A model generated the notes under the pieces. That model had not been told where the DNA came from and ran no database searches. It saw only the letters and a program-made list of their open reading frames with translations. A DNA stretch of 64,000 nucleotides from Candidatus Woesearchaeota archaeon (lineage in GTDB: Archaea; Nanobdellota; Nanobdellia; Woesearchaeales; UBA525), in contig JAPPOH010000008.1 of assembly GCA_028818155.1 (NCBI GenBank), forward strand, positions 10,376-74,375, given 5' to 3'. The translations under genes were made by a program, and so were the position numbers. Shown here piece after piece: positions 16,786 to 25,537 of this stretch (the first letter of the stretch is position 1; each line of letters opens with the position of its first letter).

Positions 16786-17256
16786 ATGATGTACCAGAAA
16801 ATCATTACGTTTCTCGATGAGCATGGCGTAGAATATGAGCACTTCGAGCATGAACACGTGCATTCATCTGCGGATGCCGCGAAGGTGCGCGGAACGAAGT
16901 TAGAAGAGGCTGCGAAAGCGCTGATTTTGCAATCAAAATCCGGAAAGATTTTCCAATGTATTGTTGCCGGCCACAGAAAGTTAGATTTGAAAGCGATCAA
17001 GAAATTAATAGGAGAGAAGAATATTTCTCTTGCACATCCTGATGTTGTTTTTCAGGAAACAGGATGTAAAGTGGGGACCGTGCCACCGTTTGGCAATCTA
17101 TTCGAGAAACCCTTGCAGGTGTACGCTGACAAAGAATTGTTGACAAGAGATCATGTTTGTTTTTCCGTCGCTTCCCACAATCATAGTGTGCGAATGAAAT
17201 CTGCAGATTGGGCTCGCTTAACAAATGCTGCCGTGCACGATATTGGAAAGGAGTAG
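16786..17256 (+). CDS. ybaK: YbaK/ProX-type aminoacyl-tRNA deacylase (156 aa)
   Basis: ..AAKALILQSKSGKIFQCIVAGHRKLDLKAIKK..GCKVGTVPPFG.. blocks typical of YbaK/EbsC editing domains. Confidence 0.7.
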   Translation: MMYQKIITFLDEHGVEYEHFEHEHVHSSADAAKVRGTKLEEAAKALILQSKSGKIFQCIVAGHRKLDLKAIKKLIGEKNISLAHPDVVFQETGCKVGTVPPFGNLFEKPLQVYADKELLTRDHVCFSVASHNHSVRMKSADWARLTNAAVHDIGKE

Positions 17257-17691
17257 CTATTCAAGCACGACCATTGTTTGTGTTTCCTTGACTGCATCGA
17301 TGTTTCTCAGCGTTTCAATAACGAATGTTTTGAGTGCGGTGATATCTGTTGCATAGACGCGCAGCACGATATCTGTTCCGCCAACGACAACGGCTGCTTC
17401 TGTCACGCCGTCCATTGCTTGTATTTTTTTGGCGATCTGTTCCTGGGTCAAGTTCTGTTGTTTTAACGTGTTGTAGTCGATGGTGACAAGAATGTATGCG
17501 CTCACGTTGAGGCCGATTTTTTTCTTGTTGAGTGTGACGGTGTACGTGTCGATGACCCCTTCTTTCTCGAGTTTCTTGATCCTGTGATGCACGGTCGTGA
17601 TGGGGATTCGTGTTTTCTTTGCGATTTTTTGCGTCGATAACCGTGCGTTTTCTTTCAGCGCTTCGATGATTTTTTCGTCTTTCTTGTCCAT
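17257..17691 (-). CDS. lrp: Lrp/AsnC-family transcriptional regulator (144 aa)
   Basis: MDKKDEKIIEALKENARLSTQKIAKKTRIPITTVHHRIKKLEKEGVI HTH followed by a RAM domain. The track ORF extends upstream with implausible sequence, so I use ATG 17691. Confidence 0.85.
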   Translation of the reverse strand: MDKKDEKIIEALKENARLSTQKIAKKTRIPITTVHHRIKKLEKEGVIDTYTVTLNKKKIGLNVSAYILVTIDYNTLKQQNLTQEQIAKKIQAMDGVTEAAVVVGGTDIVLRVYATDITALKTFVIETLRNIDAVKETQTMVVLE

Positions 17692-17715
17692 AGATGGAAT
17701 GAATGTTTCATTTTC

Positions 17716-17724
17716 TATATAAAA
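17716..17724 (-). promoter_or_regulatory. TATA box of lrp (TTTTATATA on the minus strand)
   Basis: Lies 24 nt upstream of ATG 17691. Confidence 0.5.
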
Positions 17725-17812
17725 GTATCTATTTATTGCAATATTTTTCAGTTTTTTAGGATTAAGTATATGAATAATGTGACTATTTCGAAGTGGTAAT
17801 TGGGCATGGAAC

Positions 17813-18976
17813 ATGGCGATACAAAACACAAAGCGACTCGCAGAAATTGTTGCAGAATCAAAAAAACAATTTCGAACATTTTTGGAAGACGAAATTGAAG
17901 ACCCAAAGCAGGTTGTAGACTGGACCCTCGGCAAACATACAAGGGACAGAGAAAAAAACAGAATACTTGTCCTTTACACAGGCGGGACATTAGGAATGGA
18001 GTACAGAGACGGTGCTCTTGTTCCGAGTCTCTCACTTGAGCAATTACTAGAGAAGGCAAACCACGTTGTTAACATCGAAAACCGCTATGAAATCGAAGGC
18101 TACCATATATCACACATAGACAGCACAGAAATCAACGTGAAAGTGTGGAAGAACATTGCCAAGACAATTAAAGAACGCTATCAAGACGTTGATGGTGTTG
18201 TGGTTTTGCATGGTACAGACACGATGTCGTACACAGCATCAGCACTTGCATTCATGATGCAGCGCCTGTCAATTCCAATCGTATGCACAGGCGCCCAAAT
18301 GATTATGGAGAAAGACGGTTCCGATGTTGTTTCAAATCTCACGGGAGCTTTAGCAGTCGCCGCATCTGACTTAGCAGAATCAACACTTTACTTCAACGGC
18401 AATATTTACAGAGGAGTTCGTGTAGAGAAAGATGATGACTCGCGATTGCATGGCTTCAAGAACTTAACAGGGGGACCAATAGGCCACTTGGGAGGACATG
18501 GCGTTGAATTGTATCCAGGAACGTTGTTACGAGGGACGTATACTCCGAGAGACTTGAAGATGCAAACAGACCTTGCAACAAGCGTCGTTGAAGTTGTAGT
18601 GAGCCCCCTTACATCTACAGATGAAGTAGCTTCGGCAGTGCAAGGAGGTGACTGTCGGGCACTTATTCTCAGATCGTATGGACCGGGAAACGTGCCAGGT
18701 TGGTATACACCACTCGTAAGATTCCTCACAAAAGAAGAAAAAATACCAGTCTTCCTTTCATCACAGTGTTCGGGCAGTGGTATTTCTCCCGAAGGGAGTG
18801 TGTATGCAGTTGGAAAAACGATCGTCGACGCAGGAGGCGTTCCTCTTGGAGACATGAGCCCATCAGCCGCAGTCACGAAATCAATGCATGTAATGGCGCA
18901 TCACACTAGCATGCGCAGGATCAAAGAAGAAATGATAGGCAAGAGCTACGTTGGAGAGATCACAATACCGAGGTAG
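17813..18976 (+). CDS. ansA: type I L-asparaginase with ~50-aa N-terminal extension (387 aa)
   Basis: ILVLYTGGTLGM (catalytic Thr loop), VVLHGTDTM, and PIVCTGAQMIMEKDGSDVVSNL. The GatD-specific GAQRSxDRPSSDA block is absent. Confidence 0.75.
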   Translation: MAIQNTKRLAEIVAESKKQFRTFLEDEIEDPKQVVDWTLGKHTRDREKNRILVLYTGGTLGMEYRDGALVPSLSLEQLLEKANHVVNIENRYEIEGYHISHIDSTEINVKVWKNIAKTIKERYQDVDGVVVLHGTDTMSYTASALAFMMQRLSIPIVCTGAQMIMEKDGSDVVSNLTGALAVAASDLAESTLYFNGNIYRGVRVEKDDDSRLHGFKNLTGGPIGHLGGHGVELYPGTLLRGTYTPRDLKMQTDLATSVVEVVVSPLTSTDEVASAVQGGDCRALILRSYGPGNVPGWYTPLVRFLTKEEKIPVFLSSQCSGSGISPEGSVYAVGKTIVDAGGVPLGDMSPSAAVTKSMHVMAHHTSMRRIKEEMIGKSYVGEITIPR

Positions 18977-18980
18977 GAAA

Positions 18981-20411
18981 ATGACAGAAAACAGTGTTGA
19001 TATTTTCAGAGATGTCTCTATAGGAAGGGAGTTAGCTAGGTTCTCAGGCTCTGGGCGCACTATTCGTCGCGATGATTTCTATCACAACGCACGTGGTAAA
19101 GCGAGATTCAATGACCTATTGACCCTCGGAGATGTCGCAGATGCAATCGAAGCTGGTATGTTCGGGAAAACCTCAATTTCTGCCGAGCAGGTCACTGCAG
19201 CATTTGAAAATCATTACACTCCTCGAACAAGTATGCTTGATCTAGAAGCGCTTCTATTCGAAAACTGTCCTACTGTGTATCGAGAGGCATCTAAGGCTGG
19301 CAACGCTCCTTTCGTCGATATTCCAGAACCTCCAGATGGCCTACATGCATTCGATTGGTATAAGGTGCAAGCGTTCGAACCGGCGCTCAGTTCTCACCTT
19401 CATGTGCACAACGGACTCAAGGACAGAAAACTCTTACACAAACTATCGGAGCGCCGAATTAGCGATGCACTCTTGCCACTTCTCACGTATCAAGGAGGTG
19501 GAGGTGATGCCGCACGTAAGTCGCCTGCAACGAAAGCATCACATCATACAGTGGTGCGCAGAGAAAACCACCCTGCAGGACCTGGAATTCCACAAGGATT
19601 CGCATACGATTCAGACACATTTCAAGTGAGTATAGGGCCATATGCTCTAGTAGATTCTTCTGGTATAGAGCTCGTAGTCGGAACACAGTATTACGATGGA
19701 GCTATCGCAACTCATTGGCAAAGATTCGTAGAAGGAATTCCGAGTACTAAGCATCACAGCATCTACCCGAACAGAACACTAGAGATAAAAAGATCAGAGA
19801 TCATCAATTCATCTGGAGTGGAGGTAGAGATACTAGGGAAAAATGTAGCACCTTTACTCCAAGCAGCTATTTTCAACAGCGTTTCAGAAACAGTGATATT
19901 TCCTAAAGGGTCAGGCATGGGTGATGCAGACGTCGACTTGTTCCTTGAACGATCAGAGGTGGAGGAAGGTGTTCTGACGATTGAAGAGGATCACAAGATA
20001 GGAGTAGTATATCATTGTATGGGATCCATACGTAGAAGACCGGAAACGGGTGTGGTAGTTCGTGTCAATGATAACAGCACAGTGCTACTTACGCCATACG
20101 AGATAGGTTCCTGGGCACAGGTGCATAGAGATAGTCGCTTAAACAAGCGAGGAAGGTACGTCGAAACAGGCGATATTGTAGACCTTGAAAAACCATTCCT
20201 CCATTTCGATGCGATGCTTATGTGTGATATCCGAACAACACCTGTCGTTGCTATGCCTGTTCAAGAAGCAAAAATACTACGAGCAGGATATGAACGGGCA
20301 TACCTTGAAGAAACTCCAAAACCAATACAGAATATTGGAAGAGTTCCAAAGTGTTGGGGATCTTCCATTCGGGGATATGTTCTTGGATCTAGAATAGAAA
20401 GAAATAGTTGA
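18981..20411 (+). CDS. hypothetical protein (476 aa), no domain recognised
   Basis: ATG 18981 is preceded by GGTAGG and lies 4 nt after the ansA stop. It is a long uninterrupted ORF. Confidence 0.55.
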   Translation: MTENSVDIFRDVSIGRELARFSGSGRTIRRDDFYHNARGKARFNDLLTLGDVADAIEAGMFGKTSISAEQVTAAFENHYTPRTSMLDLEALLFENCPTVYREASKAGNAPFVDIPEPPDGLHAFDWYKVQAFEPALSSHLHVHNGLKDRKLLHKLSERRISDALLPLLTYQGGGGDAARKSPATKASHHTVVRRENHPAGPGIPQGFAYDSDTFQVSIGPYALVDSSGIELVVGTQYYDGAIATHWQRFVEGIPSTKHHSIYPNRTLEIKRSEIINSSGVEVEILGKNVAPLLQAAIFNSVSETVIFPKGSGMGDADVDLFLERSEVEEGVLTIEEDHKIGVVYHCMGSIRRRPETGVVVRVNDNSTVLLTPYEIGSWAQVHRDSRLNKRGRYVETGDIVDLEKPFLHFDAMLMCDIRTTPVVAMPVQEAKILRAGYERAYLEETPKPIQNIGRVPKCWGSSIRGYVLGSRIERNS

Positions 20412-20688
20412 GTCAAAAGGTAAAGATTGCATGAACCAGAAACAGTCATTCAGGAGCGAGACTATCATTTCTGTGTTGGGAACATGAGTTGAAGCTGTAG
20501 AAATAAAATTCCATTTCTCAACTATAAATAGAATATTCATTCCATATTATTTCATTTTTATTGTATTTTCAGCAATATATGCAACAATTTGTTGAATAAA
20601 TTTATATATTACGTAGTATCTACCAATGAGATGACACGAACGAAATACACGCAGAAGCGATTGAATCGTTTGTAGATACTTCTCTCTT

Positions 20689-20774
20689 GGCTTCGTAGCT
20701 CAGTTGGTGAGAGCGTTTGGCTGTTAACTTTTGCAGGAACCAAAAGGTCGATGGTTCAAGTCCGTCCGAAGCCG
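20689..20774 (+). tRNA. tRNA-Asn (GTT) with a 12-nt intron at the canonical 37/38 position (20727-20738)
   Basis: Hand fold: acceptor GGCTTCG/CGAAGCC, D arm GCTC-AGTTGGTGA-GAGC, anticodon stem TTTGG/CCAAA interrupted after CTGTTA by ACTTTTGCAGGA, variable AGGTC, T arm GATGG-TTCAAGT-CCGTC, discriminator G. Confidence 0.85.
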
Positions 20775-20789
20775 TTCAAGGTGAATACA

Positions 20790-22373
20790 ATGTGTGGCAT
20801 AATAGGAATATTCGGAAAGCATAGGCGAGCACAGGCGCTCAGTATGGCAAAAGCAATCAGACATCGCGGTCCAGATCATACAGGTATCTACGAAGATGAT
20901 TTCTGCACACTCGTACACGAACGTCTCGCTATCATGGACCCAGAGCATGGCGACCAACCATTTATCGACAAAAAAACTGGGAGAGTACTCATCCTCAACG
21001 GCGAAATCTACAACATTGAGGAACTGAAGCAAAAGCTCAAGAAAAAGCACGAGTGGCAGAGCGCGGTACCAGATGAGGCACTCTTGTATTTGTACGACGA
21101 GTACGGAAAGGAGTTCATCGATTGGATAGATGGTATGTTCGCGTTCATCTTGTATGATCCGAAAACAAAAGAGTATCTCATTGCAAGAGATCACATTGGT
21201 ATCGTCCCACTCTACATCGGGCAGGATGAACACTGCACGTACATCGCGAGCGAAATGAAAGCAATCCCATGCGAGCATGTCGAAACATTCAGGCCAGGAC
21301 ACTACTACGCGAAAGACGGCTACGAGAAATGGTACGAGAAACACTGGATGACACAACACCCAGAAGGACATGCGACACACCTCAAAGAACACCTCGAGAA
21401 ATCAGTTAAGCAACAAATAGTGGCCGACGTCCCCTTCGGTGTCTTACTCTCCGGCGGACTTGACTCGTCACTCGTCGCGGCAATCGCACGACAATATGTT
21501 GCGGAACTCCACACATTCTCCATCGGACTGCAAGACTCGCCAGACCTCGCAGCGGCGAGGAAAGTCGCAGCTGCAATCGACAGCACGCACCATGAGTTCA
21601 CATACACAATCCAAGAAGGGCTTGATGCACTCTCGGACGTTATCAGACACATCGAAACATTCGATGTCACATCAATCAGAGCATCAACACCGATGTACTT
21701 GATGGCGAGAAAAATCAAAGCGCGAGGCTTCAAAATGGTACTCTCAGGAGAAGGCGCTGATGAGATCTTTGGCGGCTATCTTTATTTCCATATGGCGCCC
21801 TCCGCAAAGGAATTCTGGGAAGAGACAGTACGAAAAGTACTCGCGCTCAGTAAGTATGATTGCCTGCGCGCAAACAAATCCATGATGGCGTGGGGCGTAG
21901 AAGCGCGCGTTCCATTCCTCGGCAAAGAGTTCGTTGACTACGCAATGCAGATAGATCCAGAAGCAAAACGCTGCGTAGGAAGAATCGAGAAACACCTCCT
22001 CCGAGAAACATTCGAAGATCATCTCCCAGAAGAGATTCTCTGGAGACAGAAAGAGCAGTTCTCTGATGGTGTAGGATATAGATGGATCGATTCTCTGAAA
22101 AAACACGCAGAGGAAACAATCACAGACAGACAACTTGCGCGAGCGCACGAACGATTTCCGTACGCGACACCGCAAACGAAAGAGGCGTATCTCTATCGAG
22201 AGATTTTCGAGCAGCATTTCCCCAGCGAACATACAGCAAAGACAGTCCCTGGCGGCCCTTCCATCGCATGCTCAACAGCAACAGCATTCGAGTGGAGTAA
22301 ACAGTTCAAGAAAATGGGTGATCCCACAGGGAGAGCGGTGAGTGTACATAAAAAGGCGGTGCAAAAAATATGA
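20790..22373 (+). CDS. asnB: asparagine synthetase, glutamine-hydrolysing (527 aa)
   Basis: N-terminal MCGIIGIF (Ntn Cys2), the GEIYN block, and the SGGLDSS PP-loop. The track start 20751 lies inside the tRNA, so I use ATG 20790, which has GGTGA 6 nt upstream. Confidence 0.9.
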   Translation: MCGIIGIFGKHRRAQALSMAKAIRHRGPDHTGIYEDDFCTLVHERLAIMDPEHGDQPFIDKKTGRVLILNGEIYNIEELKQKLKKKHEWQSAVPDEALLYLYDEYGKEFIDWIDGMFAFILYDPKTKEYLIARDHIGIVPLYIGQDEHCTYIASEMKAIPCEHVETFRPGHYYAKDGYEKWYEKHWMTQHPEGHATHLKEHLEKSVKQQIVADVPFGVLLSGGLDSSLVAAIARQYVAELHTFSIGLQDSPDLAAARKVAAAIDSTHHEFTYTIQEGLDALSDVIRHIETFDVTSIRASTPMYLMARKIKARGFKMVLSGEGADEIFGGYLYFHMAPSAKEFWEETVRKVLALSKYDCLRANKSMMAWGVEARVPFLGKEFVDYAMQIDPEAKRCVGRIEKHLLRETFEDHLPEEILWRQKEQFSDGVGYRWIDSLKKHAEETITDRQLARAHERFPYATPQTKEAYLYREIFEQHFPSEHTAKTVPGGPSIACSTATAFEWSKQFKKMGDPTGRAVSVHKKAVQKI

Positions 22374-23023
22374 TAGCGCAAGAACTACCAGAAGAAGTCA
22401 AACCAACAGAAGTAGTGTCTAAAGAATATGAAGATTTAGAGCACATACCAGAAATTCGGTTCTTTAAGTGGGGGAGGAACATGAAACCACGTGAGCGGGC
22501 GCAGCAACTTGGTATACCTCCTGAGCATTCTACAAGAACAAGATATTTTCAAGTCTTCAAACAAGATAACTTTATATTGCAGTATGGTGCTCTTCTATCT
22601 GCAGTAGATAGATTAGATATGAACAAACTACGAACTGCAATTGCAGAGGTAGATGCGTTCTTTTCTACTTCCCATACCTTAAAGAAGGCACAAAAAGAGT
22701 ATCTTCCCAGGGGAATGGATTCTTTTAACTTTGCTCCATTTCTTCCCTACACGCTTTCGCCGAGAAACCAAGAAGCCGGTTTGAAGAGTGGAATTAGAGG
22801 TATTTTTGTCGATGAAAAACTTGGGCGAGGGCCGGTCGAAATTGGTGTTCCTGGAAGAAGAGACGCATCTATATATGTGCCAATAAGTGCAATTATAGAC
22901 AGCGACGCATTGCTAGAATATCATTTCGCGGATATCACTGGAGTGAGAAGAGATCACCCAAAGAAACACATTCCACGAAAGGAAGTCAGACACGCAGATA
23001 AAAGACTAGCATCCCATCGATAG
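22370..23023 (+). CDS. hypothetical protein (217 aa) wedged between asnB and asnS
   Basis: ATGA overlap with the asnB stop. No recognisable motif. Confidence 0.55.
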   Translation: MIAQELPEEVKPTEVVSKEYEDLEHIPEIRFFKWGRNMKPRERAQQLGIPPEHSTRTRYFQVFKQDNFILQYGALLSAVDRLDMNKLRTAIAEVDAFFSTSHTLKKAQKEYLPRGMDSFNFAPFLPYTLSPRNQEAGLKSGIRGIFVDEKLGRGPVEIGVPGRRDASIYVPISAIIDSDALLEYHFADITGVRRDHPKKHIPRKEVRHADKRLASHR

Positions 23024-23048
23024 CTATTAAAACGAACGAGGCATCCAC

Positions 23049-24344
23049 ATGACTATGACAATACAAGACGCAATCGAGCAAGGAACGGGAGACGCACAAC
23101 TCAGAGGCTGGATCTGGCGAGAGCGTGGCAGTAATAAGATGAAGTTCCTCGTCCTTAGAGATAGCTCGAACATCATCCAGTGCGTCTGTAAACGAGATGA
23201 TTTCTCTGATGAACAGTGGGATGCGATCGACAAACTCCAAGTGGAAGCTGCAGTGGAGTTAGAAGGAACACTCAAGAAAGACGACCGCGCACCAACTGGC
23301 GTTGAACTCACGGTAAAGAAACTCACGATCGTCGGAGCATCAGACACATTTCCGATCACAAAGGACCAAAGTACGGAATTCCTTGCAGATAACAGACACT
23401 TATGGTTGCGAAGTAGAAAAATGACCGCGATCCTAAAAATCAGAAGCACTGTCTTCGGCGCAATCCACGACTATTTCAGGAGCAACGGTTTCTACGAATA
23501 CCAAAGTCCGATCTTCCAGAGTGTCCAATGCGAAGGAGGCTCAACCCTATTCAACGTCCCCTACTTCGGACAAGAAGGTGTGTTCCTCGCACAATCATGG
23601 CAACTCTACGCGGAACCCGCAATCTTCTCGTTAGAAAAGATTTACACGATGGCACCCTCGTTCAGAGCAGAAAAGAGTAAAACATCGAGACACCTAACAG
23701 AATACTGGCACGCAGAGATGGAGATTGCGTGGGCAAACTTCGACGATGTTATTGATGTGGGGGAAGGAGTCTTGAAGCACATCACAAAAACGGTTCTTGA
23801 AAGAAACAAGCTCGACTTGGAAGTCTTAGAACGGGACATCAGCAAGCTAGAACCGGTCACAAAGAAACAATTCCCGAGGATGACGTACGACGACGCACTC
23901 AAAATACTGAAAGACAAATGCGACATGGATGTCGAGTGGGGCAAGGACCTGAGAACAGTCGAGGAAGACAAACTTTCAGAACTCTACGACACGCCAATCA
24001 TCGTCACACATTACCCGAAGAAGGTCAAGGCGTTCTACATGAAAGAAGCGCCAGACAACAAAGAAGTTGTCCATGGCGTTGATTTCATCGCGCCAGAAGG
24101 CTACGGGGAAATTATCGGCGGCTCAGAAAGAGAATCAGATTTAGAATCCATCAAAGAACGCCTTAAAGAGATGGGTGAAGATGTCAAAGAGTACGAATTC
24201 TACTTAGACACGAGAAAGTATGGCTCTGTCCCGCATGGTGGCTTTGGCATGGGTACAGAACGAGTCATCGCATGGATCTGTGGCGTAGAAAACATCAAAG
24301 ACACAATTCCTTTCCCGAGAACGATGCTGCGTTGGACGCCTTAG
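23049..24344 (+). CDS. asnS: asparaginyl-tRNA synthetase (431 aa)
   Basis: FRAEKSKTSRHLTEYWHAEME and YLDTRKYGSVPHGGFGMGTERV match the AsnRS class IIb motifs 2/3. Confidence 0.9.
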   Translation: MTMTIQDAIEQGTGDAQLRGWIWRERGSNKMKFLVLRDSSNIIQCVCKRDDFSDEQWDAIDKLQVEAAVELEGTLKKDDRAPTGVELTVKKLTIVGASDTFPITKDQSTEFLADNRHLWLRSRKMTAILKIRSTVFGAIHDYFRSNGFYEYQSPIFQSVQCEGGSTLFNVPYFGQEGVFLAQSWQLYAEPAIFSLEKIYTMAPSFRAEKSKTSRHLTEYWHAEMEIAWANFDDVIDVGEGVLKHITKTVLERNKLDLEVLERDISKLEPVTKKQFPRMTYDDALKILKDKCDMDVEWGKDLRTVEEDKLSELYDTPIIVTHYPKKVKAFYMKEAPDNKEVVHGVDFIAPEGYGEIIGGSERESDLESIKERLKEMGEDVKEYEFYLDTRKYGSVPHGGFGMGTERVIAWICGVENIKDTIPFPRTMLRWTP

Positions 24345-25027
24345 CGGAGAGATTTGACATCAGGGACTGAAGGACTCTGTCTATAAACGGACGTTCCTTT
24401 CGGAATCATAGATGCGACATTGCGTGATTGACAACCTCGCTTTCTCTTCGGAGGCTGCGCTCCTGAATGTGGATCGTATCGTTTCACTGTATTTCGAACC
24501 GTTTTTTTCGGGTCAATAAGCGAATACTCGAACGAAGGTTTTCGTGTGAGTTGTTCTACAATGGAAAGCTCTCGATTTGTTGCTCGAGGATCTACTTCCC
24601 GTTTTCCCTGCAGTTGCGCTCTCTCCTTCAATGCAGTGTATTCTTGTCGTCGGAAGAAACCATACACTGCTGCTCGGAACGCACCGCCACCTGTATCAAC
24701 ACCAGAACTGCTTGGTTTCGCAGTAACAAGATCGTCAATATGTGCTTGTTGTGCAACTCTGCCAGGATCGACTTTTCTTTCCTTCGAAAATGACGTGCTG
24801 CGTTTGTACGCATAGTCTCCCATATCGCGAAGATATTGGCTTACTCGTTTAATTCTCGTCGAGGCGTACTCGCTGGCTTTTTTGGGTGCAGTGCCGAGTT
24901 GCGCATAATAACTTGCAAGATGTTTTTCTCCTTGAAGTTTTGCTGCAAAGCTCGAAAGCTGCGCGCTAGGCGATCCAAGGACTGGCCCTGATAGGTTTGC
25001 TGGTTCCGGAAACGCGAATGAGCGCAT
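24341..25027 (-). CDS. hypothetical basic protein (228 aa)
   Basis: ATG-initiated ORF, convergent with and overlapping the asnS end by 4 nt. Arg/Lys/Ser-rich with no motif recognised. Confidence 0.45.
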   Translation of the reverse strand: MRSFAFPEPANLSGPVLGSPSAQLSSFAAKLQGEKHLASYYAQLGTAPKKASEYASTRIKRVSQYLRDMGDYAYKRSTSFSKERKVDPGRVAQQAHIDDLVTAKPSSSGVDTGGGAFRAAVYGFFRRQEYTALKERAQLQGKREVDPRATNRELSIVEQLTRKPSFEYSLIDPKKTVRNTVKRYDPHSGAQPPKRKRGCQSRNVASMIPKGTSVYRQSPSVPDVKSLR

Positions 25028-25098
25028 ACCACTGGCAAGTGACTATTTATTTATAAATGCTTCCAAACATATTTAAAAACGATTCACGACGAGTAAGC

Positions 25099-25500
25099 AT
25101 GCCTGGCGCACTTACACACCTCGGCGTTGCGCTCATCGCCGCAGGAATCGTGCATTTCATCCACTACAGAACAGAATTTTCTCTCGCTATCTTCCTTGGC
25201 AACCTCCTTCCAGATGCACTCAAATTCGGCTTCACGGCGGCAAAACAGCTCACACTGAGTATCTTCTCTGTCGAGCACGATAGCTTCTTCCACACAATAG
25301 CACAAATAACGGGTAGCTACACGAATTGGTTCACGCTCGGCTTCTTTCTCTTCGGAACACTCATACTACTCTACCATTTCCATTATATCAAGAAAAAAAC
25401 TATGGAAGAGTACGATGAACTGTATGTGTTCTTGCTTATTGGTATTATTACGCATTTAATCCTTGACGCTTTAATCAACGAAACCGGTCCGTGGTTCTAG
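25099..25500 (+). CDS. membrane-bound metal-dependent hydrolase-like protein (YdjM/DUF457-like), 133 aa
   Basis: MPGALTHLGVAL start motif, conserved His residues and 4 TM helices. AT-rich TATTTATTTATAAA lies upstream. The track start 25057 would sit too close to this box. Confidence 0.45.
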   Translation: MPGALTHLGVALIAAGIVHFIHYRTEFSLAIFLGNLLPDALKFGFTAAKQLTLSIFSVEHDSFFHTIAQITGSYTNWFTLGFFLFGTLILLYHFHYIKKKTMEEYDELYVFLLIGIITHLILDALINETGPWF

Positions 25501-25537
25501 TCGACACTTTTAAAAAGACGTCTTCTCGAGAATAAAC

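Noticed and set aside
17813-18976. Asparaginase-domain protein as GatD (Glu-tRNA(Gln) amidotransferase subunit D).
   Set aside because: It lacks the GAQRSxDRPSSDA-type block I associate with GatD, and no gatE is adjacent. The motifs fit a type I asparaginase. The N-terminal extension leaves some doubt.
20624-20671. C/D-box sRNA inside the stem-closed element upstream of tRNA-Asn.
   Set aside because: The candidate boxes are imperfect (GAGATGA instead of RUGAUGA, TTGA instead of CUGA), and no C'/D' pair is visible.
20751-20789. ORF-track start of asnB at 20751 (MVQVRPKPFKVNT...).
   Set aside because: These codons lie inside tRNA-Asn. AsnB must begin with Met-Cys (MCGIIG) for its Ntn-amidotransferase chemistry, which sets the start at 20790.
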